From Clostridia bacterium (GTDB lineage: Bacteria > Bacillota > Clostridia > RGIG6154), in the NCBI GenBank assembly GCA_017410375.1, contig JAFQQW010000037.1, forward strand, positions 1 to 21,086: DNA of 21,086 bases, read 5' to 3'. The position numbers were made by a program, and so were the translations under genes. Numbering within the stretch: the stretch's first letter is position 1; every line of letters begins with the position of its first letter. Below are positions 6,397 to 18,485 of this stretch, one piece after another. Below the pieces are notes generated by a model. It did no database searches. It was not told the origin of the DNA and saw only the letters and a program-made list of their open reading frames with translations.

Positions 6397-7740
6397 ATGG
6401 ATTTCAACGACAAAACCTGGAGTGAAATCAAACAGCAAATTTCAGAATCCGATATTATCAAATCCTTTCAATATGAAACATGGATCAGACCGATTGAAAG
6501 AGTTTGTTTTAAAGATAAAATTTTATATATCTGGGCACCCAGTCCTGTAGCCGTAAAGGCGATTCAGAATAATTATACCGAAATCATCAGAGATTATGCT
6601 TCAAGAGTTACCAACAAATTATATGAAATTCATGTTCTGGATCCGAATGAAAACTTACCTGCATCCGATGCACCTGCACTGCATCAGAATCCCGCAAACA
6701 ATTTATATAAGGAAAGCAATTTGAATCCAAAATATACCTTTGATAAGTTTGTAGTAGGTTCTTCAAACAAAATGGCACATGCTTATTCGTTGCTGGTTGC
6801 GGAAATGCCCGGCTCCCAAGGGTATAACCCCTTATTCATTTACGGGGGACCCGGACTTGGTAAAACACACTTAAGTCAGGCAATCGGTCACTTCATGAAA
6901 ACCAATAACCCTTCCGCAAACATCATTTATGTGCCTGCGGAAACCTATACAAACGAATACATACGTTCTCTGCAAAACCGCACCACCGAGCAATTCAGAG
7001 AAAAATACAGAAAAGCAGATTTACTGATTGTGGATGATATCCAGTTCATTTCGGGTAAGGAAGCAACCATTACGGAATTTTTCCACACCTTTAATGAATT
7101 GTATCAGAACAACAAGCAGATTGTACTGACCTCAGACAGAGCACCGAAAAAAATCCAGAATATTGATGAACGTCTGGTTTCCCGCTTTATGTCGGGTATG
7201 ACTTGTGATATTACAAAGCCGGACTATGAAACCAGATATGCAATTTTAAAAAATAATTCTGCCGCAGCCGATGTAGTTTTAACCAATGAAGTCATTCACT
7301 ATATTGCAGAGCATGTAAAATCCAATGTAAGAGAATTGGAAGGTGCTTTAAATAAAATTGTGGCTTATGAAAAGCTGAAAATCGAGCCGGTAACCATGGA
7401 GGTTGCAGAAAGAATTCTGCAGGATTACATTTTTTCCGAGCTGGATAAAAACATCACCCATGATGTGGTAAAGGAAGAAGTTGCCGAGTATTTCGGCATT
7501 ACGGTAGATGACATCATGAGCGATAAAAAAGTAAAAAATATTGCAGAGGCAAGACAGGTGGCCATGTTTATTTCCTTTAATAAAGTCAAAAATACAAATG
7601 TGACTTTAGTGGCAAAGGAATATGGTAAACACCACTCCACCATTTCCCATGCTGTAGAAAAAATCAATCATTTGATGGGTAAGGACGAAGAAATCTCTTC
7701 AGCAGTAAGAGATATTATAAGCAAGCTGACCGAATCTTAA
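6397..7740 (+). CDS. dnaA: Chromosomal replication initiator protein DnaA
   Basis: 447-aa ORF with AAA+ Walker A (GGPGLGKTHL), Walker B (LLIVDDIQF), sensor and box VII regions (NVRELEGAL), and a C-terminal DnaA-box-binding domain (ARQVAMFIS..KEYGKHHSTISHA). A GGGAG Shine-Dalgarno is present. Synteny with dnaN, recF, gyrB and gyrA supports the call. Confidence 0.97.
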   Translation: MDFNDKTWSEIKQQISESDIIKSFQYETWIRPIERVCFKDKILYIWAPSPVAVKAIQNNYTEIIRDYASRVTNKLYEIHVLDPNENLPASDAPALHQNPANNLYKESNLNPKYTFDKFVVGSSNKMAHAYSLLVAEMPGSQGYNPLFIYGGPGLGKTHLSQAIGHFMKTNNPSANIIYVPAETYTNEYIRSLQNRTTEQFREKYRKADLLIVDDIQFISGKEATITEFFHTFNELYQNNKQIVLTSDRAPKKIQNIDERLVSRFMSGMTCDITKPDYETRYAILKNNSAAADVVLTNEVIHYIAEHVKSNVRELEGALNKIVAYEKLKIEPVTMEVAERILQDYIFSELDKNITHDVVKEEVAEYFGITVDDIMSDKKVKNIAEARQVAMFISFNKVKNTNVTLVAKEYGKHHSTISHAVEKINHLMGKDEEISSAVRDIISKLTES

Positions 7741-7757
7741 AATTTAAATGTACAAAA

Positions 7758-7766
7758 TTATCCGCA
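7758..7766 (+). promoter_or_regulatory. DnaA box TTATCCGCA
   Basis: 8/9 match to TTATCCACA. It lies in the first of two tandem ~21-bp units (TGTACAA..TTATCCGCA.GG, 7749-7769). Confidence 0.75.
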
Positions 7767-7778
7767 AGGTGTACAACT

Positions 7779-7787
7779 TTATCCGCA
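7779..7787 (+). promoter_or_regulatory. DnaA box TTATCCGCA
   Basis: Identical 9-mer exactly 21 bp downstream of the first box, in the second tandem unit (7770-7789). Confidence 0.75.
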
Positions 7788-7788
7788 G

Positions 7789-7797
7789 GAATCCGCA
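7789..7797 (+). promoter_or_regulatory. Degenerate DnaA box GAATCCGCA
   Basis: 6/9 match to the consensus and 7/9 to the local TTATCCGCA variant, 10 bp after the previous box. Confidence 0.4.
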
Positions 7798-7849
7798 TTG
7801 TACTTTTTGTCGAAAAATGGTAAAATTGGTACACCAATTATTGGAAAGC

Positions 7850-7858
7850 CTGTCCACA
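7850..7858 (+). promoter_or_regulatory. Degenerate DnaA box CTGTCCACA
   Basis: 7/9 match to TTATCCACA. Confidence 0.4.
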
Positions 7859-7891
7859 TAAAAAAAGGCTTGCTTAAAAGGTTTGATTCAG

Positions 7892-7900
7892 TTATCCGCG
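7892..7900 (+). promoter_or_regulatory. DnaA box TTATCCGCG
   Basis: 7/9 match to the consensus and 8/9 to the local variant. It is immediately followed by the weaker GAATTCACA (7901-7909) and abuts the AT-rich tract. Confidence 0.55.
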
Positions 7901-7910
7901 GAATTCACAG

Positions 7911-7960
7911 ATATAATAATATAGAGTACTAATAAATAAAGATTTATATTATTGTTTTCG
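7911..7960. other. AT-rich candidate DNA unwinding element (DUE)
   Basis: The tract ATATAATAATATAGAGTACTAATAAATAAAGATTTATATTATTGTTTTCG has 7 G/C in 50 nt. It sits directly downstream of the last DnaA boxes. Confidence 0.6.
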
Positions 7961-8004
7961 CTTCGCGTTTTTAAATTTGTTTTGAAAAGAAAGTTGGAGA
8001 TGCT

Positions 8005-9114
8005 ATGAAATTTACATGTAACAGAGAAGATTTATTAAATGCCATCAACCGTGCAGAAAAGGCTGTCGCTGCAAAGCCTTTAGTGCAGGTTATGGAAGGT
8101 CTTTTAATTGAAACGGGACTGCATGAAGTAAAAATCACAGGTAATGATTTAACCATTGCCATTGAAGCGACTTTTGATGCAAACATTGAAGAAAGCGGCC
8201 GTCTTGTGGTCAATGCCAGAATGTTTTCCGAAATCATCCGCAAAACCGGTGACAGTGTAATTTCCTTTTCTGCCTCTAAAGAAAATTATAAAATCAAAAT
8301 CACATCCGGTCTTTCGGTGTTTGAAATTGCAGGTCTTGAGCCGGACGAATTTCCTGCAGTCAATACCTTTGATGTGGATAAAAAAATTAAAATTGAATGT
8401 GCAACTTTGCGTTCTATGATTAAGCAGACGATTTTTGCTACATCTAAAGATGAAAAAATTCCTGTGCTTACAGGTATTCTGTTCAAGCCCGAGGGTGAGC
8501 TTTTATCTTTGATTGCAGTAGATAAATTCCGTTTTGCCATCCGCAGAGAAAAATATATGGAATGTGATGTGGAAAATCAGTTTGTTGTGCCCTTTAAAAC
8601 TTTAAGTGAATTGCTTAAAATTTTAACAGATGAGGGGGAAGTGGAAATTTTCCCTGCTAAAAATTACATTCTGTTTTCCTTTGAAAACTGTAAAATTTTC
8701 TCCCGCTCCATTGAAGGAGAATATATTAAATATGAACATATCTTAAATATTCAGAATTCCATCCGTTTAAAGGCGAAGTCTGCAAAGCTTTTGCATACCT
8801 TTGAAAGAGTTTCTCCTTTAATTAATATGGAAACCATTAAAAGTCCTGTTAAAATCAAGCTGGAGGGTGACAATTTAATTATTGATTGTGTAACGCTTTC
8901 GGGTAAAGTACATGACGAGCTTACCGTTGAAAAAATGTGCGGCGGAGATCTGGAAATCGGCTTTAACAATCATTTTCTTTTGGATGCTTTCGGTGCTGTG
9001 GGCGATGATGAAATTATTTTAGAATTGTCTACACCGCAAAGTGCAATCAAAATGATGCCTGTACAGGGTGAACAGTTCTTATATCTGGTACAGCCGGTTA
9101 TTTTAAAGAAATAA
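8005..9114 (+). CDS. dnaN: DNA polymerase III beta sliding clamp
   Basis: 369-aa ORF starting MKF.C.REDLLNAINRAEKAV, with typical length and three-domain organisation. A GGAGA Shine-Dalgarno is present, and the gene sits directly after dnaA and oriC. Confidence 0.95.
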   Translation: MKFTCNREDLLNAINRAEKAVAAKPLVQVMEGLLIETGLHEVKITGNDLTIAIEATFDANIEESGRLVVNARMFSEIIRKTGDSVISFSASKENYKIKITSGLSVFEIAGLEPDEFPAVNTFDVDKKIKIECATLRSMIKQTIFATSKDEKIPVLTGILFKPEGELLSLIAVDKFRFAIRREKYMECDVENQFVVPFKTLSELLKILTDEGEVEIFPAKNYILFSFENCKIFSRSIEGEYIKYEHILNIQNSIRLKAKSAKLLHTFERVSPLINMETIKSPVKIKLEGDNLIIDCVTLSGKVHDELTVEKMCGGDLEIGFNNHFLLDAFGAVGDDEIILELSTPQSAIKMMPVQGEQFLYLVQPVILKK

Positions 9115-9384
9115 TGATTATAAGACTCAGCGAAACCGTTAAAGTGGAAACAGAGGATATTCTTTGTGTGTTGGATATCGACTCGGTTACGGTCAAAAAA
9201 AGAGGGCAGGAAATTTTCAATATAAAAGAAGAAAGCATTGTATATTGCGATGAAGAGGAATTGCCCTTATCCTGCATCATGACCGAAGAACAGGGAAAAA
9301 CAAAGCTTTATTTTTCGTCACTCAGCACTTCTGCGGTTTTAAGACATATAGAAGATTCTCATTTGGAAAGGAAGCCAAATAAAA

Positions 9385-9395
<11 letters not shown>
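9114..9395 (+). CDS. Small DUF370 / RemB(YaaB)-like protein (tentative)
   Basis: 93-aa ORF. Its ATG shares one nucleotide with the dnaN stop (TAATG at 9112-9116), and its 3' end overlaps recF by 11 nt. The patterns ..VKVETEDILCVLDID.. and ..KTKLYFSSLSTSAVLRH resemble, from my memory of the family, the DUF370 pattern (..V....Ii.I.d.. / ..vy.S.IsssTL.kR). No S4-domain motif is present. Confidence 0.45.
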
Positions 9396-12424
<3,029 letters not shown>

Positions 12425-12439
12425 GGAGTTTAGAAGAAA

Positions 12440-14971
12440 ATGGCAAAAAATAAAAAATATGAAGATTCCCATTTTGAGGAATATTTAGATTCCCAGACTA
12501 TTGTGGATGTTGACATCGAAAAGCGTATGCGTGAAGCGTTCATTGACTATGCCATGAGCGTTATCGTAAGCCGTGCGCTTCCGGATGTTCGGGACGGTTT
12601 AAAGCCGGTTCACAGAAGAATACTTTATGCAATGTATGATGACCATCTGACCCATGACAAGCCGTTCTTTAAGTCGGCAACCACGGTTGGTAACGTTATC
12701 GGTCGGTATCACCCCCACGGTGATGCCTCGGTTTATGATGCAATGGTAAGATTAGCGCAGGATTTTTCTATGCGCTATCCGTTGGTAGACGGTCACGGTA
12801 ACTTCGGTTCGGTAGACGGTGACCCGCCGGCTGCTTACCGTTACACCGAAGCAAGAATGAGCAAAATTTCCAACCTTATGTTGGAAAATATTGACAAAAA
12901 TACAGTCGATTTTGCCCCTAACTTTGATGAAAAAAGACAAGAGCCTACCATTTTGCCTACCCGTATCCCTACCCTTTTAATTAACGGTAGTTCGGGTATC
13001 GCGGTTGGTATGGCAACCAATATTCCGCCCCACAACTTAACCGAAGTGATGAACGGTGTTATTGCCCAGATTGATAACCCCGATATCACGGTAGACGAGC
13101 TGATGGAACATATTAAAGGTCCTGATTTTCCGACTAAAGCTTCCATTATGGGTTTAAGCGGTATCCGCAGTGCATATTCTACCGGTCGCGGTAAAATTAT
13201 TGTACGCGCAAAGGCTGAAATTGAAGAGCACAGAAACGGTTCTGCTTCTATTATTGTTACCGAGCTTCCCTATCAGGTAAACAAAAAAATGTTAGTAGAA
13301 TCTATCGCTCAGCTGGTTAAAGAAAAGAAAATTGACGGTCTGCAGGATATTGATGACCATTCTTCTGACCGTGTAGGTATCCGTCTTGAAATTTTCTTAA
13401 AGCGCGATGCCAATCCGCAGGTGGTTTTGAATCAGCTTTATAAATTTACCCGTATGCAGGACAGCTTCTCGGTGAACATGCTGGCGATTGACAACGGTCA
13501 GCCGAGAACATTAGGCTTAAAAGATGTACTTGCAAGATTTATTGAATTCCAGGAAGAAATTGTAACCCGCAGAACTCAGTATGATTTAGACAAAGCCCTT
13601 GCAAGAATGCATATTTTGGAAGGCTTGAAAATTGCGCTAGATAACATTGACGAGGTTATTCATGTCATCCGTAATTCTTATGATGATGCCAAGGAGCGCT
13701 TGATGGAACGCTTTAACATGTCTGAAATTCAGGCACAGAGCGTTCTGGATATGAAGCTTGGTCAGTTGCAGAAATTAAACGGTGAAAAGATTGATAATGA
13801 ATACAACGAACTGCTTGCAAGAACCGAAGAATACAGAGCAATCTTAGGCGATCATGACAAGCTGATGGAACAGATTAAGACAGAATTGATCGAAATCCGC
13901 GATAAGTACGGGGATGAAAGATTAACCTCTATCGAGCCTGCCATCGATATGATTGAGGACGAAGACCTCATTGAAGATGAGGAAAGTGTAATCACCATGA
14001 CCCATTTTGGGTATGTAAAGCGCTTAGCATCCGATACATATCGGGCACAAAGACGTGGCGGCAGAGGTATTTCAGGCTTGGCAACCCGAGAAGAGGACTT
14101 TGTGGAACAGCTCTTTGTATGCCGTACAAAGGATTATGTTCTGTTCTTTACCAATAAAGGCAGACTCTTTAAATTAAAGGCATATCAGATTCCCGAAGCC
14201 GGCAGACATGCAAAGGGTACAGCCATTGTTAACCTTTTGGAATTACAGCCGGAAGAAAAGGTAACCACCATCATTCCGTTGACTGCTTTTGAAGAAAATA
14301 AATATCTGACTATGGTAACCAAGAAGGGTACCATCAAAAAGACTGCCCTTTCTGAATATGATACCAACCGTAAGGGTGGCTTGAATGCCATTGGCTTAAA
14401 TGAAGAGGATGAGTTGATTACCGTTCGGGTAACCGACGGTGAAAATCAGGTGTTTGTGGTAACCCACGAGGGTAAATCCATCCGCTTTAAAGAAACAGAC
14501 GTGCGTCCCATGGGCAGAACTGCACATGGTGTGCGCGCCATCGACCTTGCCGATACGGATTATGTGGTTGGCGCAGCTGTTATTGACAACGAAGAAGCAG
14601 AAATTCTGTTAGTCAGCGAAAACGGCTTGGGTAAGGTTACCGCGGCAAACGAATATAAGGTACAATCCAGAGCAGGTAAGGGTGTCAAGACCTACAAGAT
14701 TACCGAAAAAACAGGTTGCTTAGTAGGCGCGGCAATCATTGGTGAAAATGATGACGTTATGCTGATTACCTCAGGCGGTACCATTATAAGAACTGCCGTA
14801 AACGGCATTTCACGCATGGGTCGAGCAACCCAGGGCGTTATGCTGATGCGTCTCGGTGAGGAAGAAAAGATTGTTTCTATTACTTTGGCACAGCATGAAG
14901 AGGAAGCAGAAGAACCGACAGAAGAAGGCGCAGAAGCAACAGCACCACAGCAGGAAACAACTGAAGAATAA
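12440..14971 (+). CDS. gyrA: DNA gyrase subunit A
   Basis: 843-aa ORF with [31 protein letters not shown], the [17 protein letters not shown], the active-site [10 protein letters not shown] (catalytic Tyr), C-terminal beta-pinwheel repeats and an acidic tail. Confidence 0.98.
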   Translation: MAKNKKYEDSHFEEYLDSQTIVDVDIEKRMREAFIDYAMSVIVSRALPDVRDGLKPVHRRILYAMYDDHLTHDKPFFKSATTVGNVIGRYHPHGDASVYDAMVRLAQDFSMRYPLVDGHGNFGSVDGDPPAAYRYTEARMSKISNLMLENIDKNTVDFAPNFDEKRQEPTILPTRIPTLLINGSSGIAVGMATNIPPHNLTEVMNGVIAQIDNPDITVDELMEHIKGPDFPTKASIMGLSGIRSAYSTGRGKIIVRAKAEIEEHRNGSASIIVTELPYQVNKKMLVESIAQLVKEKKIDGLQDIDDHSSDRVGIRLEIFLKRDANPQVVLNQLYKFTRMQDSFSVNMLAIDNGQPRTLGLKDVLARFIEFQEEIVTRRTQYDLDKALARMHILEGLKIALDNIDEVIHVIRNSYDDAKERLMERFNMSEIQAQSVLDMKLGQLQKLNGEKIDNEYNELLARTEEYRAILGDHDKLMEQIKTELIEIRDKYGDERLTSIEPAIDMIEDEDLIEDEESVITMTHFGYVKRLASDTYRAQRRGGRGISGLATREEDFVEQLFVCRTKDYVLFFTNKGRLFKLKAYQIPEAGRHAKGTAIVNLLELQPEEKVTTIIPLTAFEENKYLTMVTKKGTIKKTALSEYDTNRKGGLNAIGLNEEDELITVRVTDGENQVFVVTHEGKSIRFKETDVRPMGRTAHGVRAIDLADTDYVVGAAVIDNEEAEILLVSENGLGKVTAANEYKVQSRAGKGVKTYKITEKTGCLVGAAIIGENDDVMLITSGGTIIRTAVNGISRMGRATQGVMLMRLGEEEKIVSITLAQHEEEAEEPTEEGAEATAPQQETTEE

Positions 14972-14980
14972 ATAGGATAA

Positions 14981-15001
14981 GTCCGCATTTTGCGGGCTTT
15001 T
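14981..15001 (+). terminator. Candidate Rho-independent terminator after gyrA
   Basis: 6-bp stem GTCCGC (14981-14986) / GCGGGC (14992-14997) including one G:U pair, with a 5-nt loop, followed by TTTTCCCCTTTT. The stem is short, so the confidence is moderate. Confidence 0.5.
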
Positions 15002-15048
15002 CCCCTTTTCAATTAAAAAATAAAATGCTTTTACAAGGAGGCGTACAT

Positions 15049-16392
15049 ATGCAGCTTAAAAGCTTTAAGGGCGGTATACACCCGCGGGATGAAAAAAGAA
15101 GAACCAATATGGTGCCCATTCAGAATTTTGTAACGGGCAGTCAGGTTATCATTCCGCTTCGCCAACACATCGGTGCACCCTGTGAGCCGTTGGTACAAAA
15201 GGGTGACAAGGTGTTAATGGGACAAAAAATCGGTGAAGCAACATCCTTTGTTTCTGCACCGGTACATGCATCGGTTTCGGGTACGGTTACAGACATTAAA
15301 CCCTATCCCCATCCCGGTGGCGGTGTGGCTGACGCTGTTTTTATCGAAAATGACGGGCAGGACACTTTGATTGATACCATCAAGCCCTGGAATATGAAGG
15401 TCAGCAAAGACGAAGTTCTAAAGTACATAGAAGAATTAGATCCCAAAACCATTGTGGAAAAGGTAAAGGAAGCAGGCATCACCGGTATGGGCGGTGCGGC
15501 ATTCCCGACACATGTTAAGCTTTCCCCTGCACCCGATGTAAAGATTGATACCATCATCTTAAACGGTGCAGAATGTGAACCGTATCTTACCGCAGACCAT
15601 AGAGAAATGTTGGAAAACGGTCAGAAAATTGTCATTGGTGCACTGATGGTTAAAAAAGCAGTCAACGCAGAAAAAGTGGTGATTGCCATTGAAAATAACA
15701 AAAAAGATGCCATTGAAACCATGAAAGAAATCGTGAAAGATTATGATGGCGTAGAAGTGGCAACCTTAAAAACAAAATATCCGCAAGGCTCGGAAAAACA
15801 GCTGATTAAAGCGGTTACAAAACGGGAAGTCCCCTCGGGCGGTTTGCCCTCTGCGGTGGGTGTGATTGTAAATAATATTGACACCTGTGCGGCAATTGCC
15901 AATGCGGTGGTTTGTAACATGCCTCTGATTGAGCGTGTGGTAACCGTTTCGGGCGATGCGGTGGAAAAGCCGTCAAACCTTCGTGTACGCGTGGGCGTAA
16001 CCTTTGAAGAGCTGTTGCTTGCCTGCGGTCTGATGCAGGATCACTGCAAAAAAATCGTTATGGGCGGACCTATGATGGGCATGAGCCAGAGTGACATTGA
16101 TGTGCCGGTTATTAAAGGAACGTCGGGTATTTTAGCATTCCAGGAACCGCCTACCTACGGAAAAGAAGAGGGTGCGTGCATTAAATGCAGTAAGTGCGTT
16201 CAGGTTTGTCCCATGCGCTTAATGCCCAATTTCTTAAGTATTTTTGCAGAGTCCAAGGATGTGGAAAAATTAAAGGAATACAACATTATGGACTGTATGG
16301 AATGTGGCAGCTGTGCCTATACCTGTCCGCAAAGACGGTTTATGGTTCAGCACATTAAAGCCGGAAAAGCGCTTGTAAAGCAGAAAGGATAA
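15049..16392 (+). CDS. rnfC: Rnf electron-transport complex subunit C
   Basis: I take the start as ATG 15049 (MQLKSFKGGIHP..), 7 nt after an AAGGAGG Shine-Dalgarno, rather than the computed 15025. It has an NADH/FMN-binding core (GMGGAAFPTHVK) and two 4Fe-4S motifs (CIKCSKCVQVCP, CMECGSCAYTCP). Confidence 0.93.
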   Translation: MQLKSFKGGIHPRDEKRRTNMVPIQNFVTGSQVIIPLRQHIGAPCEPLVQKGDKVLMGQKIGEATSFVSAPVHASVSGTVTDIKPYPHPGGGVADAVFIENDGQDTLIDTIKPWNMKVSKDEVLKYIEELDPKTIVEKVKEAGITGMGGAAFPTHVKLSPAPDVKIDTIILNGAECEPYLTADHREMLENGQKIVIGALMVKKAVNAEKVVIAIENNKKDAIETMKEIVKDYDGVEVATLKTKYPQGSEKQLIKAVTKREVPSGGLPSAVGVIVNNIDTCAAIANAVVCNMPLIERVVTVSGDAVEKPSNLRVRVGVTFEELLLACGLMQDHCKKIVMGGPMMGMSQSDIDVPVIKGTSGILAFQEPPTYGKEEGACIKCSKCVQVCPMRLMPNFLSIFAESKDVEKLKEYNIMDCMECGSCAYTCPQRRFMVQHIKAGKALVKQKG

Positions 16393-16397
16393 GGGTT

Positions 16398-17339
16398 ATG
16401 GAAAATAAGCTTATAGTTTCATACGCACCCCATGTGCGTTCCGAGCGGTCTACCCGCCAACTGATGTTAGATGTAATTATTGCCCTTTTACCTGCTATGC
16501 TTGTGGGTATATGGGCATTCGGTATCCGCGCACTGATTATGCTGCTTGTGTGCAGTGTGACCGCGGTGCTGGCTGAACACGTATTTTGTGTGCTTTCTAA
16601 AAAAGAAACAACCGTAACAGACCTTTCGGCAATTGTAACCGGTCTTTTGCTTGCCTGCAACATGCCGGCTGCCGCTCCATTTTGGATGGGTGCTGTGGGC
16701 AGTGTGTTTGCCATCATCATTGTAAAATGCTTCTTCGGAGGTTTAGGACACAACTTTGTGAACCCCGCCTTAGCCGCAAGAGCGTTTCTTATGGCATGCT
16801 GGCCGGTTGCCATGACCACATGGATTCAGCCGGTGGCAGGAGATATCTTTAATTTCTCCGATTTTACCCTTTCCTCTGCAACGCCTTTGGCGGCAGAAGC
16901 AGGTGCTTACAGCTACATGGATTTATTTTTGGGTCATGTGCCCGGCTGTATCGGTGAAATCAGTGCCTTTGCGCTTTTAATCGGGTTTGTTTACCTCCTT
17001 TGCACAAAGGTTATTACCTGGCATGTGCCGGTGATTTATATTGGTACTGCTTTTGTATTTTCCTACATTTTAGGTTTGGACGGTGTAGAAGAAATTTTCT
17101 CCGGCGGTTTGTTCTTAGGTGCAATCTTTATGGCAACCGATTATGTAACCTCGCCCATGACTATAAAAGGGCATATAGTTTACGCATTTTTGCTAGGTAT
17201 ACTGACCATGGTGATTCGTCATTTCGGCACGTTGCCCGAGGGTGTAAGTTACTCCATTTTGATTATGAATGTGGTAACGCCTTTGATTGACAAGTGCACC
17301 AAAAATAAAAAATACGGAGGTGCAAAGCAAAATGGCTAA
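16398..17339 (+). CDS. rnfD: Rnf complex subunit D (NqrB-like, membrane)
   Basis: 313-aa polytopic membrane ORF with family motifs (SYAPHVRS, FFGGLGHNFVNPAL, the flavinylation-type SSATPL site, FMATDYVTSP). It follows rnfC by 5 nt. Confidence 0.93.
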   Translation: MENKLIVSYAPHVRSERSTRQLMLDVIIALLPAMLVGIWAFGIRALIMLLVCSVTAVLAEHVFCVLSKKETTVTDLSAIVTGLLLACNMPAAAPFWMGAVGSVFAIIIVKCFFGGLGHNFVNPALAARAFLMACWPVAMTTWIQPVAGDIFNFSDFTLSSATPLAAEAGAYSYMDLFLGHVPGCIGEISAFALLIGFVYLLCTKVITWHVPVIYIGTAFVFSYILGLDGVEEIFSGGLFLGAIFMATDYVTSPMTIKGHIVYAFLLGILTMVIRHFGTLPEGVSYSILIMNVVTPLIDKCTKNKKYGGAKQNG

Positions 17340-17877
17340 AATGAATGAAAGCTTGAACATGATTGTAACGCTGATTGTCATTGCGGTGGTTGTAGCGCTG
17401 GCACTTTCGGGTGTAAACGGCTTAACCAAAGCAAAAATTGAACAAAATGACATTGTTAAGCTGAACAATTCCTTAAAATCCGTTTTACCTGCAGATTCAT
17501 ACGATGTGGTGCAGGACAATGAAAGCGGTATCGTTTACGAAGCAAAGAAAGACGGAAAAGTGGTTGGATACTGTGTATCCAATGTTACCTCCGGCTACGG
17601 CGGAGATTTAAATGTATTAACCGGTGTGGATGTAAACGGCAAAGTAACCGCCGTGGAAATTTTATCCCATGGCGAAACTCCCGGTCTTGGTGCAAAATCC
17701 ACCGATGATGCGTTTAAAGGGCAGTACAGCGGAAAAACCGCAGGGGAAATTACTGTTGTGAAAAATTCTCCCGGTGCAAGCGATATTCAGGCAATTTCGG
17801 GTGCAACCATTACCTCTAATGCGGTGACCAAAGCCGTAAATGAGGCAAAAAAATGTATTGAGGAGGCGACAAAATGA
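17332..17877 (+). CDS. rnfG: Rnf complex subunit G (FMN-binding, membrane anchored)
   Basis: I take the start as ATG 17332 (MAKMNESLNMIV..), 11 nt after a GGAGG Shine-Dalgarno and overlapping the rnfD stop (ATGGCTAA). It has an N-terminal TM helix, ETPGLG, and the covalent-FMN motif SGATITS. Confidence 0.88.
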   Translation: MAKMNESLNMIVTLIVIAVVVALALSGVNGLTKAKIEQNDIVKLNNSLKSVLPADSYDVVQDNESGIVYEAKKDGKVVGYCVSNVTSGYGGDLNVLTGVDVNGKVTAVEILSHGETPGLGAKSTDDAFKGQYSGKTAGEITVVKNSPGASDIQAISGATITSNAVTKAVNEAKKCIEEATK

Positions 17878-18485
17878 GCAAATTTTATAATTTGACGAAG
17901 GGTTTGATTAAAGAAAACCCCACATTGGTGTTGCTTCTTGGTATGTGTCCGTCTTTGGCTACCACTACCTCTGTAATCAATGCCATTGGCATGGGATTTT
18001 CTGCTATGGCGGTGCTGATTTGCTCTAATGCTGTTATTTCGGCGTTGCGTAAGCTCATTCCGGGAAAAGTACGAATTGCGGCATACATTGTTATTATCGC
18101 AACCTTTGTAACCATTGTGGAAATGTTGTTAAAAGCTTATTTGCCTGCCCTTTCCGAAAGTCTTGGTGTATTTATTCCGCTGATTGTGGTAAACTGCATC
18201 ATTCTGGCAAGAGCAGAAGCCTTTGCTTCCAAAAACACCGTATGGCAGTCTGTGTTAGACGGCATCGGTATGGGTCTTGGGTTTACACTGGCGTTGGTGA
18301 TTATTTCTACCGTGCGTGAAATTTTGGGTGCAGGCACCTGGTGCGGCTTGCCCGTAACGCCTGCAGGCTTCAGAGAAAATCCGGCACTCATGTTTATTTT
18401 GCCCTCGGGCGGCTTTTTAACCTTAGGGTTAGTGCTTGGTGCGATGAACTTAATCAAGAGCAAAGGAGGAAAAGCAAATGACTAA
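17874..18485 (+). CDS. rnfE: Rnf complex subunit E (NqrD-like, membrane)
   Basis: 203-aa ORF with an ATGA overlap with rnfG. Motifs are LLLGMCPSLATTTS and IPLIVVNCIILARAEAFA. Confidence 0.9.
   Translation: MSKFYNLTKGLIKENPTLVLLLGMCPSLATTTSVINAIGMGFSAMAVLICSNAVISALRKLIPGKVRIAAYIVIIATFVTIVEMLLKAYLPALSESLGVFIPLIVVNCIILARAEAFASKNTVWQSVLDGIGMGLGFTLALVIISTVREILGAGTWCGLPVTPAGFRENPALMFILPSGGFLTLGLVLGAMNLIKSKGGKAND

Larger units (their letters stand above)
7741..8004. other. Predicted oriC (dnaA-dnaN intergenic region: DnaA-box cluster plus AT-rich unwinding element)
   Basis: 264-bp non-coding gap between dnaA and dnaN. It holds 3 strong and 3 weaker DnaA-box-like 9-mers, all on the + strand, followed by a 50-bp tract of 14% GC. 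Confidence 0.8.

Noticed and set aside
7817-7861. 14-codon mini-ORF (MVKLVHQLLESLST*) inside the origin region
   Set aside because: It has no Shine-Dalgarno, it overlaps a DnaA-box-like site, and its length is consistent with chance.
7971-8243. 90-aa - strand ORF overlapping the dnaN start and the origin
   Set aside because: It is an antisense shadow of dnaN, and it would read into the DUE.
14888-14968. Acidic C-terminal tail of GyrA ([24 protein letters not shown])
   Set aside because: Acidic tails on the GyrA C-terminal domain are known in several bacteria, including E. coli, so this is not unusual enough to flag.
15025-15048. Upstream in-frame ATG for rnfC (15025) and likewise for rnfG (17287)
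   Set aside because: Neither has a Shine-Dalgarno. The internal ATGs at 15049 and 17332 have AAGGAGG and GGAGG at correct spacing and give the conserved N-termini. The 17287 start would also create a 53-nt overlap with rnfD.
14972-15048. gyrA-rnfC adjacency considered as a functional link
   Set aside because: A terminator-like hairpin and a 77-nt gap separate the two genes. Adjacency of unrelated housekeeping operons near the origin is common, and I see no sequence evidence for coupling.
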